From an uncultured Candidatus Saccharibacteria bacterium (GTDB taxonomy: Bacteria > Patescibacteriota > Minisyncoccia > Phycocordibacterales > UBA9973): a stretch of DNA of 64,000 nucleotides. The notes under the pieces were generated by a model. The model made no database searches. It saw only the letters and a list, made by a program, of their open reading frames with translations, and was not told the origin of the DNA. This document shows, piece by piece, positions 47,547 through 57,407 of the stretch. The stretch spans positions 14,059 through 78,058 of the forward strand of contig CAZXCN010000003.1 in the NCBI GenBank assembly GCA_964639185.1. Direction: 5' to 3'. The translations under genes were made by a program, and so were the position numbers. Position 1 is the stretch's first letter. Each line of letters opens with the position of its first letter.

Positions 47547-48107
47547 AGAAAGACCCGAGTTAACCTCGGGTCTTTTTGTTGCTAGTAGATTTTTCAAAAA
47601 TGTCTTTCGACAGGCAATGAATATTGATAGCATTTGAAAACATACAAAAATGTAATCATTGTTTTCAAGTAGAATGTAAGCTAATAATACATCTGCTATT
47701 ATATTTACATACCAACCGAATTTTTTATTCCTTGCTATTAATAAACTACCTATAAGAAAGAAGCTTGAAGAAATTGTTTCCTGTATTTTGCTATTCCCAA
47801 TAAAAAAATAAATAAATATGACTACACATGCTATGAATGCCATACTGTTGTCAGTTTTAGTTATTATCTTTATTCCACGTTTCCATTTGTGGAAACCATA
47901 AATGGCAAAAGGTATGTTGATAATTTCTACTATACCTAAAATATAGTGTTTACTAATAAAAAAGAAAAAAATTCCAGCAAGAATGGATGCCAAAATGGCA
48001 AGTATCCAACCAGATGACTTTTCCTTTGCGAGCTTGTGCTCACTCAGTACTGCTACAAGGGCTACTACTAGCTCGAACCCTTGGATGGCTAAGTCACTGT
48101 CTCTCAT
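47499..48107 (-). CDS. pnuC: PnuC-like nicotinamide riboside transporter (membrane protein); 3' end overlaps the DUF1653 gene and reads through the terminator hairpin
   Basis: AIYGFHKWKRG matches the PnuC NIYGWYAW motif and WYVNIIADVLLAYILLENNDY matches the second PnuC W..N...Y motif. 6-7 TMs. Confidence 0.45.
   Translation of the reverse strand: MRDSDLAIQGFELVVALVAVLSEHKLAKEKSSGWILAILASILAGIFFFFISKHYILGIVEIINIPFAIYGFHKWKRGIKIITKTDNSMAFIACVVIFIYFFIGNSKIQETISSSFFLIGSLLIARNKKFGWYVNIIADVLLAYILLENNDYIFVCFQMLSIFIACRKTFLKNLLATKRPEVNSGLSLSFYVLETGAFVIIF
47546..47578. terminator. Rho-independent terminator after the DUF1653 gene
   Basis: aaagacccgag-gttaac-ctcgggtctttttgtt. Confidence 0.65.
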
Positions 48108-48197
48108 AAAATGGAACTTTTATGTTCATATATATTATATACCTATATAAATAAAAAAGCCCTTTTTGTTTGTGTCTATTATTGGTATAATTGACCT

Positions 48198-49292
48198 ATG
48201 AAATTATTTAACAAAAAATCGTCTTCTGACGGAAAGAAAATTAAAGTAGCTATTAATGGTTTTGGTCGTATCGGTCGTGCTTTTTACCGTATTGCTTGGG
48301 ATAATCCAAATATTGATGTAGTGGCTATCAATGACCTTGGTTCTATGGAGTCACTCGCATATCTATTACAATACGACTCTGTTTATCGTGAGAAATTATT
48401 TATCGTAAAAGGAACAGCTAATGCAAATGGTATTGGTGGCACTCTCAATGTTGTTGGGGCAAATGGTAGGAATGAGGTGTTGCAAGTATTGGCCGAGAAA
48501 GAACCAGGTAAGTTACCATGGAAAGATATGGATGTAGATGTGGTGGTGGAATCTACTGGCTTCTTTACTACATACGACAAAGCCAATGCTCATATTACAG
48601 CTGGTGCAAAGAAGGTGGTAATATCTGCCCCTGCAAAAATGGGCGAAGATACAAGCATAATTGGCGAGACAATAGTATTGGGTATCAACGAAGATAAATT
48701 TGGTACATGTGATGTGACAAGCAATGCCAGCTGTACTACAAATGGTGCAAGCCCAGTGATAGCGATACTTGATAAAGCTATTGGTATAGATAAAGCCATG
48801 CTTTCTACAACACATGCATATACTGGTACTCAGGCATTGGTTGACGGTCCAAGTAAGAAAGATTTCCGCGAAGGTCGTGGAGCTGCGCAGAATATTGTGC
48901 CATCTTCAACTGGAGCAGCATTAGCTGTCGCACAAGTGTATCCAAAACTAAAAGGTAAATTTGACGGTATATCACTCCGTGTACCAGTACCAGCAGGTTC
49001 TATTGTAGATATTACATTTATCGCATCACGCGCAACAACTGCCGAAGAAGTGAATAAGATACTGACTGATGCATCACAGACACAAGAATGGCAGAACTTG
49101 ATTCAGGTAACCAATGAGCCAGTTGTCTCTACAGATATATTGGGTGCAAAAGTTCCATGTATTGCCGACCTCGCACTGACACGTGTAGTGGATGGTAACT
49201 TGGTAAAAGTCATGGCTTGGTATGATAACGAGATGGGGTATACGCATACACTTGTAGACCATGTAATCAAAACTGGGAAGACTATAAAATAA
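48198..49292 (+). CDS. gap: Glyceraldehyde-3-phosphate dehydrogenase (type I)
   Basis: VAINGFGRIGR, the catalytic SNASCTTN and WYDNEMGY. Confidence 0.9.
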   Translation: MKLFNKKSSSDGKKIKVAINGFGRIGRAFYRIAWDNPNIDVVAINDLGSMESLAYLLQYDSVYREKLFIVKGTANANGIGGTLNVVGANGRNEVLQVLAEKEPGKLPWKDMDVDVVVESTGFFTTYDKANAHITAGAKKVVISAPAKMGEDTSIIGETIVLGINEDKFGTCDVTSNASCTTNGASPVIAILDKAIGIDKAMLSTTHAYTGTQALVDGPSKKDFREGRGAAQNIVPSSTGAALAVAQVYPKLKGKFDGISLRVPVPAGSIVDITFIASRATTAEEVNKILTDASQTQEWQNLIQVTNEPVVSTDILGAKVPCIADLALTRVVDGNLVKVMAWYDNEMGYTHTLVDHVIKTGKTIK

Positions 49293-49296
49293 TATT

Positions 49297-49761
49297 ATGA
49301 AAATATATATAGGGACAGATCATGCGGGGTTTGAGTTGAAGAATAAATTAAAAGTATTCTTAGGTACTTTGAATAGTTCTGGCTACGAGGTGGTAGATAT
49401 GGGGGCAAATAGTTACAACGAAGTTGATGATTATCCAGACTTTATCCGCCCTGTGGCCGAGGCTGTGGTGACCGACGAATTGTCTATCGAGGCGAAAGTT
49501 AAATCATTTGGTATAATCCTTGGAGGAAGTGGCAATGGTGAGGCTATGTGTGCCAACAGGCTAGACGGTGCCCGTGCAGCTGTATACCATGGAGGCAATT
49601 TAGATATTGTAAAGTTTGCTCGTGCACATAACAATGCCAATATATTATCTCTAGGTGCACGCTATGTCAGTGAGGAGGAGGCCATGTATGCTGTACGTGT
49701 ATTTATCGATACAGCATTTACTGGTGAGGCTCGTCATATACGAAGACTAAATAAATTTTAA
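49297..49761 (+). CDS. rpiB: Ribose-5-phosphate isomerase B (RpiB/LacAB family)
   Basis: MKIYIGTDHAGFELK and GIILGGSGNGEAMCANR. Confidence 0.85.
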   Translation: MKIYIGTDHAGFELKNKLKVFLGTLNSSGYEVVDMGANSYNEVDDYPDFIRPVAEAVVTDELSIEAKVKSFGIILGGSGNGEAMCANRLDGARAAVYHGGNLDIVKFARAHNNANILSLGARYVSEEEAMYAVRVFIDTAFTGEARHIRRLNKF

Positions 49762-49765
49762 AAAA

Positions 49766-50470
49766 ATGAGTAAAATAATCCCAGCTTTAATGCCAGATAA
49801 CTTTATAGATATGCGTCACAAGATGGGGCAGATTCTTGGTGCCGTGCCTGTAGTACAGCTTGATATTATGGATGGCAGATTCGTGCATGATCGTACTTTC
49901 CCATTCAACAGTGGTGACGAAGTAGATATGGCAAAATTAGAGAGCGAGGATGGTGGTATGCCGTATTGGCAAGATGTTGATGTTGAATTGGATCTGATGG
50001 TCCGCTATGCACATAAATCATTCGATAGATTCATGGCTTTTGCTCCAAAGAGGATTATCTATCATATTGAAGCTGAAGCTACAAATGAAAAAGAAATGGA
50101 AGAATTCAAGGAATACTTGGAAGCTATCGATATGTATACTCGCGAGAGTGTTGAATTTGGTATAGCTATTGGTAACGATACTCCTATTGAAAATATTTAC
50201 CCACTTATACCATTCATATCATTTATACAATGCATGGGTATCGCCAATATTGGTTATCAAGGTGAAGCTTTTGACGAGAGGGTAATAGATAGGATAAAAA
50301 CTTTAAAGGAGAAATTTCCTGATATAGAAATAAGTGTAGATGGTTCAGTAAATGAAGATACTATTGAAAGGCTTATCGATGTAGGAGTAGACAGGTTCGT
50401 GATAGGTAGCGCCATATTTTCTGATATGGATCCACGTGGCAAGATAAAGGAATTCCAAAATATGTTATAA
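49766..50470 (+). CDS. rpe: Ribulose-phosphate 3-epimerase (divergent, with insertions)
   Basis: QLDIMDGRFV (HLDVMDG-like), ELDLMV, ISVDGSVN and GSAIF align to Rpe motifs. Sits in a pentose-phosphate context. Confidence 0.6.
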   Translation: MSKIIPALMPDNFIDMRHKMGQILGAVPVVQLDIMDGRFVHDRTFPFNSGDEVDMAKLESEDGGMPYWQDVDVELDLMVRYAHKSFDRFMAFAPKRIIYHIEAEATNEKEMEEFKEYLEAIDMYTRESVEFGIAIGNDTPIENIYPLIPFISFIQCMGIANIGYQGEAFDERVIDRIKTLKEKFPDIEISVDGSVNEDTIERLIDVGVDRFVIGSAIFSDMDPRGKIKEFQNML

Positions 50471-50482
50471 TTAAATTTATAA

Positions 50483-51352
50483 ATGGAAGAATTAAATTCT
50501 GAAAAATTAAAATTTTTACGTATCAAAGCGACAGAAATTCGTGAGAGTATTATAAGTATGTTGCTAGAAGCAAAAAGTGGGCATACTGCTGGACCTCTTG
50601 GTATGACTGATATTTTTACACTGCTTTATTTTCATGCCATGCATCATGACCCAAAGAATACAAATATGAAAGACCGTGATAGGCTTGTTCTTTCGAATGG
50701 TCATATATGTCCAGTACTATATGCTACTATGGCGCATCGAGGGTATTTCCCAATAGAGGAATTGAAAACTTTGCGTAAATTTGGAAGTCGACTACAGGGT
50801 CACCCGCATCGTGAATTTATGCCATGGCTCGATACTTCATCGGGCCCACTTGGTTCAGGATTATCCCAAGCAGTAGGTATGGCTATAGCCGACAGGATGG
50901 ATAATGGTTTAAATGCTCATACTATAATATATGCAATGCTTTCCGACGGTGAACACGACGAAGGTAATTTATGGGAGGCAGTAATACTTGGTGCAAAAGA
51001 AAAATTGGGCAATTTAATAGCAATCATCGATCGTAATAATATTCAGATCGATGGATATACTGAGGATGTTATGCCATTAGGTGACTTGGCAAAGAAATAT
51101 AATCAATTTGGCTGGCACGTTCAGGAGATCAATGGCCATAATATGGAAGACATAAATAATGCTATTAATACTGCAAAGGCTGTGCGTGACAAGCCGTCGG
51201 TAATAGTTGCCCGTACTATCCCCGGTAAAGGAGTAAAGGAATTTGAATATGATTTCCATTGGCACGGCGTAGCTCCGGATCGTGAACAAGCCAATATGGC
51301 ACTTGCTGAATTACGAACATTACAAGGTCAGATAGAAAGCGAACACCAATAG
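50483..51352 (+). CDS. Transketolase, N-terminal (TPP-binding) subunit
   Basis: GHTAGPLGMTDIFTLLY, GSLGQG-like GPLGSGLSQAVGMA and DGEHDEGNLWEA; split-form transketolase. Confidence 0.85.
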   Translation: MEELNSEKLKFLRIKATEIRESIISMLLEAKSGHTAGPLGMTDIFTLLYFHAMHHDPKNTNMKDRDRLVLSNGHICPVLYATMAHRGYFPIEELKTLRKFGSRLQGHPHREFMPWLDTSSGPLGSGLSQAVGMAIADRMDNGLNAHTIIYAMLSDGEHDEGNLWEAVILGAKEKLGNLIAIIDRNNIQIDGYTEDVMPLGDLAKKYNQFGWHVQEINGHNMEDINNAINTAKAVRDKPSVIVARTIPGKGVKEFEYDFHWHGVAPDREQANMALAELRTLQGQIESEHQ

Positions 51353-51380
51353 TTCAATAAAAATTCACTACAAGTAATTT

Positions 51381-52367
51381 ATGTTAAATCAATCATTAAA
51401 ATTAAATACAAAGATGTGGAATGAAGATGTTGAGCAGATTCCAATACGCAAAGGTTTTGGCCAAGGTTTGTTGCAGGCAGGTGAGATAGATGCAAATGTT
51501 GTCGCACTTTGTGCTGACTTGACCGAGAGTACTCAAATGCATTTCTTTAAAGAGAGGTTCCCTGAAAGATTCGTGCAGATAGGTGTTGCTGAGCAAAATT
51601 TAGTAACAGTAGCAAGTGGTATGTCGGCCCTCGGCAAGATTCCATTTGTATCTTCATATGCCATGTTTAGCCCAGGCCGTAATTGGGAACAGATCCGGAC
51701 AACTGTCGCATATAATAACAGGAAGGTAGTAATAGTAGGTTCACATGCTGGTATATCAGTAGGGCCTGATGGAGGAACTCATCAAGCTATCGAGGACATA
51801 GCTATTATGCGTGTAATGCCAAATATGATTGTGATATCACCTTGTGATGCTATTGAAGCTCGCAAAGCAACATTGGCATTAGCTAAGAATACCGAGCCTG
51901 CATATTTGCGCCTCGCTCGTGAAAAAACTCCAATAATAACAACAGAAGATACACCTTTTGAAATAGGAAAGGCCGAGACAATATTTATACCTGAAGTTGG
52001 TTTGGCTCAAGTTGGTATCATTGCTACAGGTGCGCTTGTATACAAAGCATTATTGGCAGCAAGGCAATTAGAAAATGAGGGCGTAAAAGTAAAAGTGATG
52101 AACATAGCAACTATCAAGCCTCTTGATCATGAAGCAATAATTGCATTAGCAAAAGAAACAAAAAAGATTGTAACAGTCGAGGAGCATCAGATAGCTGGAG
52201 GGCTCGGTAGTGCTGTGGCAGAATGTCTAGCCGAGAACTATCCAGTAAAGATGAAGTTCATCGGTGTACATGATAAATTTGGTCAGTCTGGAACTCCAGA
52301 TGAACTTTTGAAACATTACAATATGGACACTGTTGATATCGTAGAAGCTTGTAAAAGTTTATTGTAG
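51381..52367 (+). CDS. Transketolase, C-terminal (pyrimidine-binding) subunit
   Basis: RKGFGQGLLQAGE, FVQIGVAEQNLVTVASGMS and GPDGGTHQAIEDIAIMR. Confidence 0.85.
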   Translation: MLNQSLKLNTKMWNEDVEQIPIRKGFGQGLLQAGEIDANVVALCADLTESTQMHFFKERFPERFVQIGVAEQNLVTVASGMSALGKIPFVSSYAMFSPGRNWEQIRTTVAYNNRKVVIVGSHAGISVGPDGGTHQAIEDIAIMRVMPNMIVISPCDAIEARKATLALAKNTEPAYLRLAREKTPIITTEDTPFEIGKAETIFIPEVGLAQVGIIATGALVYKALLAARQLENEGVKVKVMNIATIKPLDHEAIIALAKETKKIVTVEEHQIAGGLGSAVAECLAENYPVKMKFIGVHDKFGQSGTPDELLKHYNMDTVDIVEACKSLL

Positions 52368-52406
52368 TATCTATACAAAAAATAAAATTTAAATATAAAA
52401 ATAAAA

Positions 52407-52435
52407 AAGAGCAGTCTGGAAGACTACTCTTTTCT
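52407..52435. terminator. Rho-independent terminator after the transketolase genes
   Basis: aagagcagtct-ggaa-gactactcttttctttaatt. Confidence 0.5.
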
Positions 52436-52453
52436 TTAATTGTTTGTGTAAAA

Positions 52454-52726
52454 TTAGGCAAGGATAGAAATACCTTCGAGTTTTTTCTCAAGCCGAGTAG
52501 CTTTTCGATTTAGGGCTTTAAAGGTTTTTTCCAAGAAATTCCACAATGAGCCTGGCTGTGTTCTTGTTTTCCAATATGCTTCGCATATACGGTTGATTTG
52601 TCGAATTTTTTCACTGATAAATGTGTAATCATTCGATAAATTTGTAAATTCTTTGATGTAACTAGGCTCCTTAGGTGCAACAGGATTAAAATCTGTTTTC
52701 ATGATTTTTTTTGTTAAGTGGGACAA
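52454..52726 (-). CDS. Small hypothetical protein (90 aa)
   Basis: ORF only; no homology recognised. Confidence 0.3.
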   Translation of the reverse strand: MSHLTKKIMKTDFNPVAPKEPSYIKEFTNLSNDYTFISEKIRQINRICEAYWKTRTQPGSLWNFLEKTFKALNRKATRLEKKLEGISILA

Positions 52727-52800
52727 TTGTTTAAAGAATTATAAACAATTACACATTGTGTGTCAACATGGTTTAATTTAGTCTTATCTTATAAGATTAT

Positions 52801-53796
52801 TTAGTTTATCTTACTTATTTTATAATCTTCTGGGGCATTAGCTAGGTGTTCCTCGAGCTTGTCACGGAAAAGTAGTCCTGCCTGAGCACCAACTTTCTGG
52901 ACCACTGACATAGAGTTGATAGGTGCCCAAGTCATAGCCTCAGCCAAACTCTTGCCCATGCAAAGAACTGCTGTGATCGTAGATGAGAATGCATCACCAG
53001 CACCTGTACGTTCAACAGGGTCATGTGGGTATACAGGCATAAAGAATGCGTCAGTTCCATCGTATGCATATGCACCCTTGATACCATCGGTCATGATTAT
53101 TATATTTGGACCCAGATCTTTTAACCCTTGCATGAGTTTGATCTTGTCATGGCCATTTGGAATATCTAATATTCTCTCGGCTTCTTCTACATTACAGAAG
53201 AAGATTTCAGTATTCTTGTAGATATCTTTTAATATTTCAGTACCAAGCTTCATCTGAAATGTTCCAGGTTGGAATGCTAATTTTACATTTGGATGTTCGT
53301 TTAGGTATTGAGCTATTTGCTTGTGGTATTCGGTAGAATTAGAAGCCATTGAAGATAGATATATCCACTTTGGTTCAGGCATGTTCATAGGGAAGGCGTA
53401 CGGGTACTCTTCGTGTTTTACAAGTATTGTGCGTTCTACATCGTACCAAAGTACGTAGTGGAAGTTCGACTTCATGCCTTCGACAGTTGTGACATAGTCA
53501 GTTATGATGTTGTTCTTTTTTAATTCAGCTACATTGTTTACACCTATTTCGTCGCTACCTATATATGTCATGAGGGCAGTGTTCAGGCCAAGGCGTGAAG
53601 CAGACACAGCAGCATTTGGGCTATTGCCGACAGCTACACATAATTCAGCAGATTCATAAGGTACTTTATCGCCAAAGCGGAGTGATAATTTGCAGTGTTC
53701 TTGGTCTAGATCGCAAGTAGCTTCTGCATCCTTTAGTCTAATAAATGGCTCGGTGACTATGTCACCAATTGCTAAAAAGTCAATTTGTTTTTCCAT
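52801..53796 (-). CDS. PfkB-family carbohydrate kinase (ribokinase-like; possibly a PfkB-type phosphofructokinase given the glycolytic neighbours)
   Basis: C-terminal PfkB signature DPVERTGAGDAFSS. An N-terminal GG-like region fits the ribokinase fold. Confidence 0.7.
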   Translation of the reverse strand: MEKQIDFLAIGDIVTEPFIRLKDAEATCDLDQEHCKLSLRFGDKVPYESAELCVAVGNSPNAAVSASRLGLNTALMTYIGSDEIGVNNVAELKKNNIITDYVTTVEGMKSNFHYVLWYDVERTILVKHEEYPYAFPMNMPEPKWIYLSSMASNSTEYHKQIAQYLNEHPNVKLAFQPGTFQMKLGTEILKDIYKNTEIFFCNVEEAERILDIPNGHDKIKLMQGLKDLGPNIIIMTDGIKGAYAYDGTDAFFMPVYPHDPVERTGAGDAFSSTITAVLCMGKSLAEAMTWAPINSMSVVQKVGAQAGLLFRDKLEEHLANAPEDYKISKIN

Positions 53797-53831
53797 AGGT
53801 ACAGTATAACATAGTGTGATATAATTTTGGA

Positions 53832-54833
53832 ATGAACAAAGAAATACTTATAAATACAGTTAGTAAATTAGTAGCGGAACCAAAAGGAATCTTGGCTATA
53901 GATGAAAGTATGCCTACTTGTAATAATCGATTCGAAAAATTGGGAATTCCTACAAATGAAGATAAGCGTAGAGATTATCGTGATTTATTAGTTTCTACTC
54001 CAGGTATTGAAGAATATATATCTGGATACATTACATTTGATGAAACAATGCGTCAAACTACTCATGACGGCATTACATTTCCAGATGTATTGATTAACAA
54101 AGGTATCGAAGTAGGTATTAAGCTCGATGAAGGAACTATCGATTTTGGAGATAAGGGCGAAAAAGTAACTAAAGGACTTGATAATTTATCAATACGTATT
54201 CCTGATTACAAAGATATGGGTGCAAGTTTTGCAAAGTGGCGTGCTGTTATAAATATTGGTGAGGGGTTGCCAACTAGTGAGGCTTTGTATGCAAATGCAC
54301 AAGCACTAGCGAAGTATGCAAAGATTTGTCAGGATAATGATATCGTGCCGATAGTAGAGCCTGAAGTTTTGATTAACGGTACTCACACCATGGAGCGTTG
54401 TTATGAAGTTACAGCTCAGAACTTGGATATTCTTTTTATTGAATTAAATAATGAAGGTGTATACATGCCAGGGGTAATACTGAAGACAAGCATGATACTG
54501 CCAGGTAAGGATAGTGGTATTGTTGCTACACCTGAGCAAGTAGCCGAGATGACAATCAAATGTCTACGTGAACATGTGCCAGCAGATATTGGTGGTATTG
54601 TGTTCCTGTCTGGTGGTCAGAGTGACGAGGATGCAGTGTTGAATCTAAATGCAATGAAGAAGGATGCTGACTTGCCTTGGTTCCTGACATTTTCATACGG
54701 ACGTGCTATTCAGAATAATGCATTACAAGCATGGGCGAAGAATCCTGAGGATATAGCAGGTGCGCAGAATGCATTACTGGAAAGTGCTCGTGCAAATAGC
54801 TTGGCATCTGTTGGTAAATATGAACAAAAATAA
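53832..54833 (+). CDS. fba: Fructose-bisphosphate aldolase, class I
   Basis: GILAIDESMPTCNNRFEKLGIPTNEDKRRDYRDLL aligns to class I FBA (ILAADESTGT...NRRFYRQLL). Catalytic Lys region ILKTSMILPG; LSGGQS. Confidence 0.8.
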   Translation: MNKEILINTVSKLVAEPKGILAIDESMPTCNNRFEKLGIPTNEDKRRDYRDLLVSTPGIEEYISGYITFDETMRQTTHDGITFPDVLINKGIEVGIKLDEGTIDFGDKGEKVTKGLDNLSIRIPDYKDMGASFAKWRAVINIGEGLPTSEALYANAQALAKYAKICQDNDIVPIVEPEVLINGTHTMERCYEVTAQNLDILFIELNNEGVYMPGVILKTSMILPGKDSGIVATPEQVAEMTIKCLREHVPADIGGIVFLSGGQSDEDAVLNLNAMKKDADLPWFLTFSYGRAIQNNALQAWAKNPEDIAGAQNALLESARANSLASVGKYEQK

Positions 54834-54858
54834 TTCTAATATTAAATAATTAAATTTA

Positions 54859-56622
54859 ATGATATTATCAAACGAGTTAAAAAAAATAATAAAGGGTGAT
54901 GTAGACGATACTGTCGATACACGTACCAAGTATTCACATGACGCGAGTTTACTCGAAGTCATGCCCGAAGTTGTTGTGTACCCAAAGGATTCTATAGATG
55001 TTTGCTCGATCGTAAAGTGGGTAAATGAAAATAAAGATAAATATCCAAATCTATCTATCACAGCACGCTCTGCCGGTACATGTATGTCTGGTGGTGCAAT
55101 AGGTGAGTCTATTATTATGGACTTTACTCGTTATATGAATACTATTGAAAGCGTAAATAAAGTTACACCTTTTAATATTGTTCCGAAATATCCAAATGCA
55201 CATGAGGTAGAGGTGGCAGGTCAGGCGACTGTTATGCCAGGGTGTTATTATCGTGACTTTGAAAAGGTGACATTGGAGAACGGTTTAATACTGCCTTGCT
55301 ACACCGCTTCTAAAAGTATTAATGCTGTGGGTGGTATGGTAGGCAATAATTCTGCGGGTGAGAAGACTTTGCAATATGGTAAAACTGAAGATTATATAAA
55401 AGAGTTAAGTGTAGTTTTTGCTGATGGGTATGAATATATTGTAAAACCTTTAAATAAAAAAGAATTATATGCAAAGATAGCCCAGACTGATTTTGAAGGT
55501 AAAGTATACAAAGATATATTTAACATGATAAAAGAGAATTCTATAACTTTGCGTAATGCAAAGCCAAATGTTAGCAAGAATTCTGCTGGATATTATTTAT
55601 GGAATGTTATGAGTCCTGAACCTACCGCAGGGTATGGTGACGAGCCTATGTTTGACTTAACCAAGTTGATCGTTGGATCACAAGGTACACTCGGTATTGT
55701 TACTCGTATTACTTTCCACCTTACTGCAGTAAAATCAGCTTCAAAGCTCGTTGTCTTATTTATGAAAGACCTAACAAAGCTTGGCGATGTTGTAGATGCA
55801 ATATTACCATTTCAGCCTGAGAGTATCGAGAGCTACGACGACGCCACTATGAAGCTCGCTGTGAAATTCTTCCCTGACTTTTACAAAAAGAAGGGTGCAT
55901 GGGGAATGATCAAATTCATGTGGAGCTTTTGGCCAGAAGTATTTATGATGTTTTCTGGTGGAATACCAAAATTAATATTGCTTGTTGAATTTGCTGGTGA
56001 CAGTGAAGTTGTTATCGATAAACAAGCAAAAGATTTCGCAAAAGAAATAAATAAATTTGGCTTCCCGACACGTGTTACTAATAGTAGTTCTGAGAGTGAA
56101 AAATATTGGGACATAAGGCGTGAGAGTTTTGCTCTATTGCGCAAGCATGTCAAAGACAAGCACACAGCACCATTTATCGATGACATAGTTGTGACTCCAC
56201 AATTACTTCCTAAATTTCTACCAGAATTAAATTCAATTTTAAAAACATATCCAATAACTTATACCATAGCTGGTCATGCAGGAAATGGTAACTTTCATAT
56301 TATTCCATTGATGGATTTTTCTGATCCAAAGACAGCCGACATAATAATCGAGCTTTCAGCTAAAGTTTATGATTTGGTTATTAAATACAAAGGGTCTACA
56401 ACAGCTGAGCATAACGATGGTATTATTCGTACTCCATTCTTGAATCAGATGTTCGGTGATAATGTTACAAAACTTTTTGCCGATACAAAGAATTTATTTG
56501 ATGCAAAAAATATTCTAAATCCAGGTAAAAAGGTTGCATTGGGTAATGGGGGTGCTGGAACTATTGAATACATACGCTCACATATCATTAAAGAAGCTCA
56601 CGAACATAGCCATAAAATATAA
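54859..56622 (+). CDS. FAD-linked oxidase (GlcD/D-lactate dehydrogenase-like)
   Basis: FAD_binding_4 motifs ITARSAGTCMSGGAIGESIIMD and GGMVGNNSAGEKTLQYG; C-terminal FAD-oxidase_C domain. Confidence 0.7.
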   Translation: MILSNELKKIIKGDVDDTVDTRTKYSHDASLLEVMPEVVVYPKDSIDVCSIVKWVNENKDKYPNLSITARSAGTCMSGGAIGESIIMDFTRYMNTIESVNKVTPFNIVPKYPNAHEVEVAGQATVMPGCYYRDFEKVTLENGLILPCYTASKSINAVGGMVGNNSAGEKTLQYGKTEDYIKELSVVFADGYEYIVKPLNKKELYAKIAQTDFEGKVYKDIFNMIKENSITLRNAKPNVSKNSAGYYLWNVMSPEPTAGYGDEPMFDLTKLIVGSQGTLGIVTRITFHLTAVKSASKLVVLFMKDLTKLGDVVDAILPFQPESIESYDDATMKLAVKFFPDFYKKKGAWGMIKFMWSFWPEVFMMFSGGIPKLILLVEFAGDSEVVIDKQAKDFAKEINKFGFPTRVTNSSSESEKYWDIRRESFALLRKHVKDKHTAPFIDDIVVTPQLLPKFLPELNSILKTYPITYTIAGHAGNGNFHIIPLMDFSDPKTADIIIELSAKVYDLVIKYKGSTTAEHNDGIIRTPFLNQMFGDNVTKLFADTKNLFDAKNILNPGKKVALGNGGAGTIEYIRSHIIKEAHEHSHKI

Positions 56623-56647
56623 ATTTTGACAAAACTCATCCCCACAG

Positions 56648-56674
56648 GTCCGACCTGTGTGGGTATACAGGGGA
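56648..56674 (+). other. 12-bp perfect-stem hairpin (cccacaggtc-cga-cctgtgtggg) in the leader of rplY, no T-run
   Basis: Read directly from the sequence, followed by aggggagga (Shine-Dalgarno) and the ATG at 56716. Confidence 0.4.
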
Positions 56675-56715
56675 GGAGTTTGCCTAAATATGGTTTTTAT
56701 GCTAAAGTTGGACCT

Positions 56716-57348
56716 ATGAATAAATTAACCGCAACAAAGCGAAGTAAGGCTGAAAAGCTTGTGACTGTACGAAATAACGGTATGGTTCCTGCTGTAGTCT
56801 ATGGCGCTCACGTGGAGAATACTATAATCTCTGTGCCGAGCGTTGATTTTATAAAAGTTTTTAGGGTGGCTGGTGAATCAAGTCCTGTACAATTAGCTAT
56901 TGATGGTATCAATGTTGATGTACTTATTCACGATGTGCAGATAGATCCTTTAAAGGGTTTTCCATTGCATATAGATTTCCTTGCTGTAGATATGAACAAG
57001 GAAGTAACAGTTTCTATACCACTTGAATTTACAGGTGTTGCCCCTTCTGAAAAAGCTGGATTAGGATCACTTGTAAAAGTTCTGCATGAAGTAGAAGTTA
57101 GTGCACTTCCAAAAGATTTGCCACATACTATAGTTGTAGATATATCAACACTCGTAACACTTGATGATCAGATACATGTGTCTAACATTGTTTTACCAAA
57201 AGGTGTAAAGATGTTAACCAGTGCTGAAGAAGTAGTTGCATTAGTTGCTGTAGCAAAGGAAGAAGTAGAACAAGCTCCTGTAGATCTATCTGCTATTGAA
57301 GTAGAAAAGAAGGGTAAGAAGGAGAGTACTGAAGAAACAGAAAAGTAA
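56716..57348 (+). CDS. rplY: 50S ribosomal protein L25 (Ctc/general stress protein form)
   Basis: MNKLTATKRSKAEKLVTVRNNGMVPAVVYG is the L25 N-terminal domain, plus a C-terminal Ctc-like domain and an acidic tail. Confidence 0.85.
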   Translation: MNKLTATKRSKAEKLVTVRNNGMVPAVVYGAHVENTIISVPSVDFIKVFRVAGESSPVQLAIDGINVDVLIHDVQIDPLKGFPLHIDFLAVDMNKEVTVSIPLEFTGVAPSEKAGLGSLVKVLHEVEVSALPKDLPHTIVVDISTLVTLDDQIHVSNIVLPKGVKMLTSAEEVVALVAVAKEEVEQAPVDLSAIEVEKKGKKESTEETEK

Positions 57349-57364
57349 TACATTGTATAACATA

Positions 57365-57392
57365 AAAAACTGCACGAAAGTGCAGTTTTTTA
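57365..57392. terminator. Rho-independent terminator after rplY
   Basis: aaaaaactgcac-gaaa-gtgcagtttttt. Confidence 0.75.
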
Positions 57393-57407
57393 TGTTATAA
57401 TAGAACA

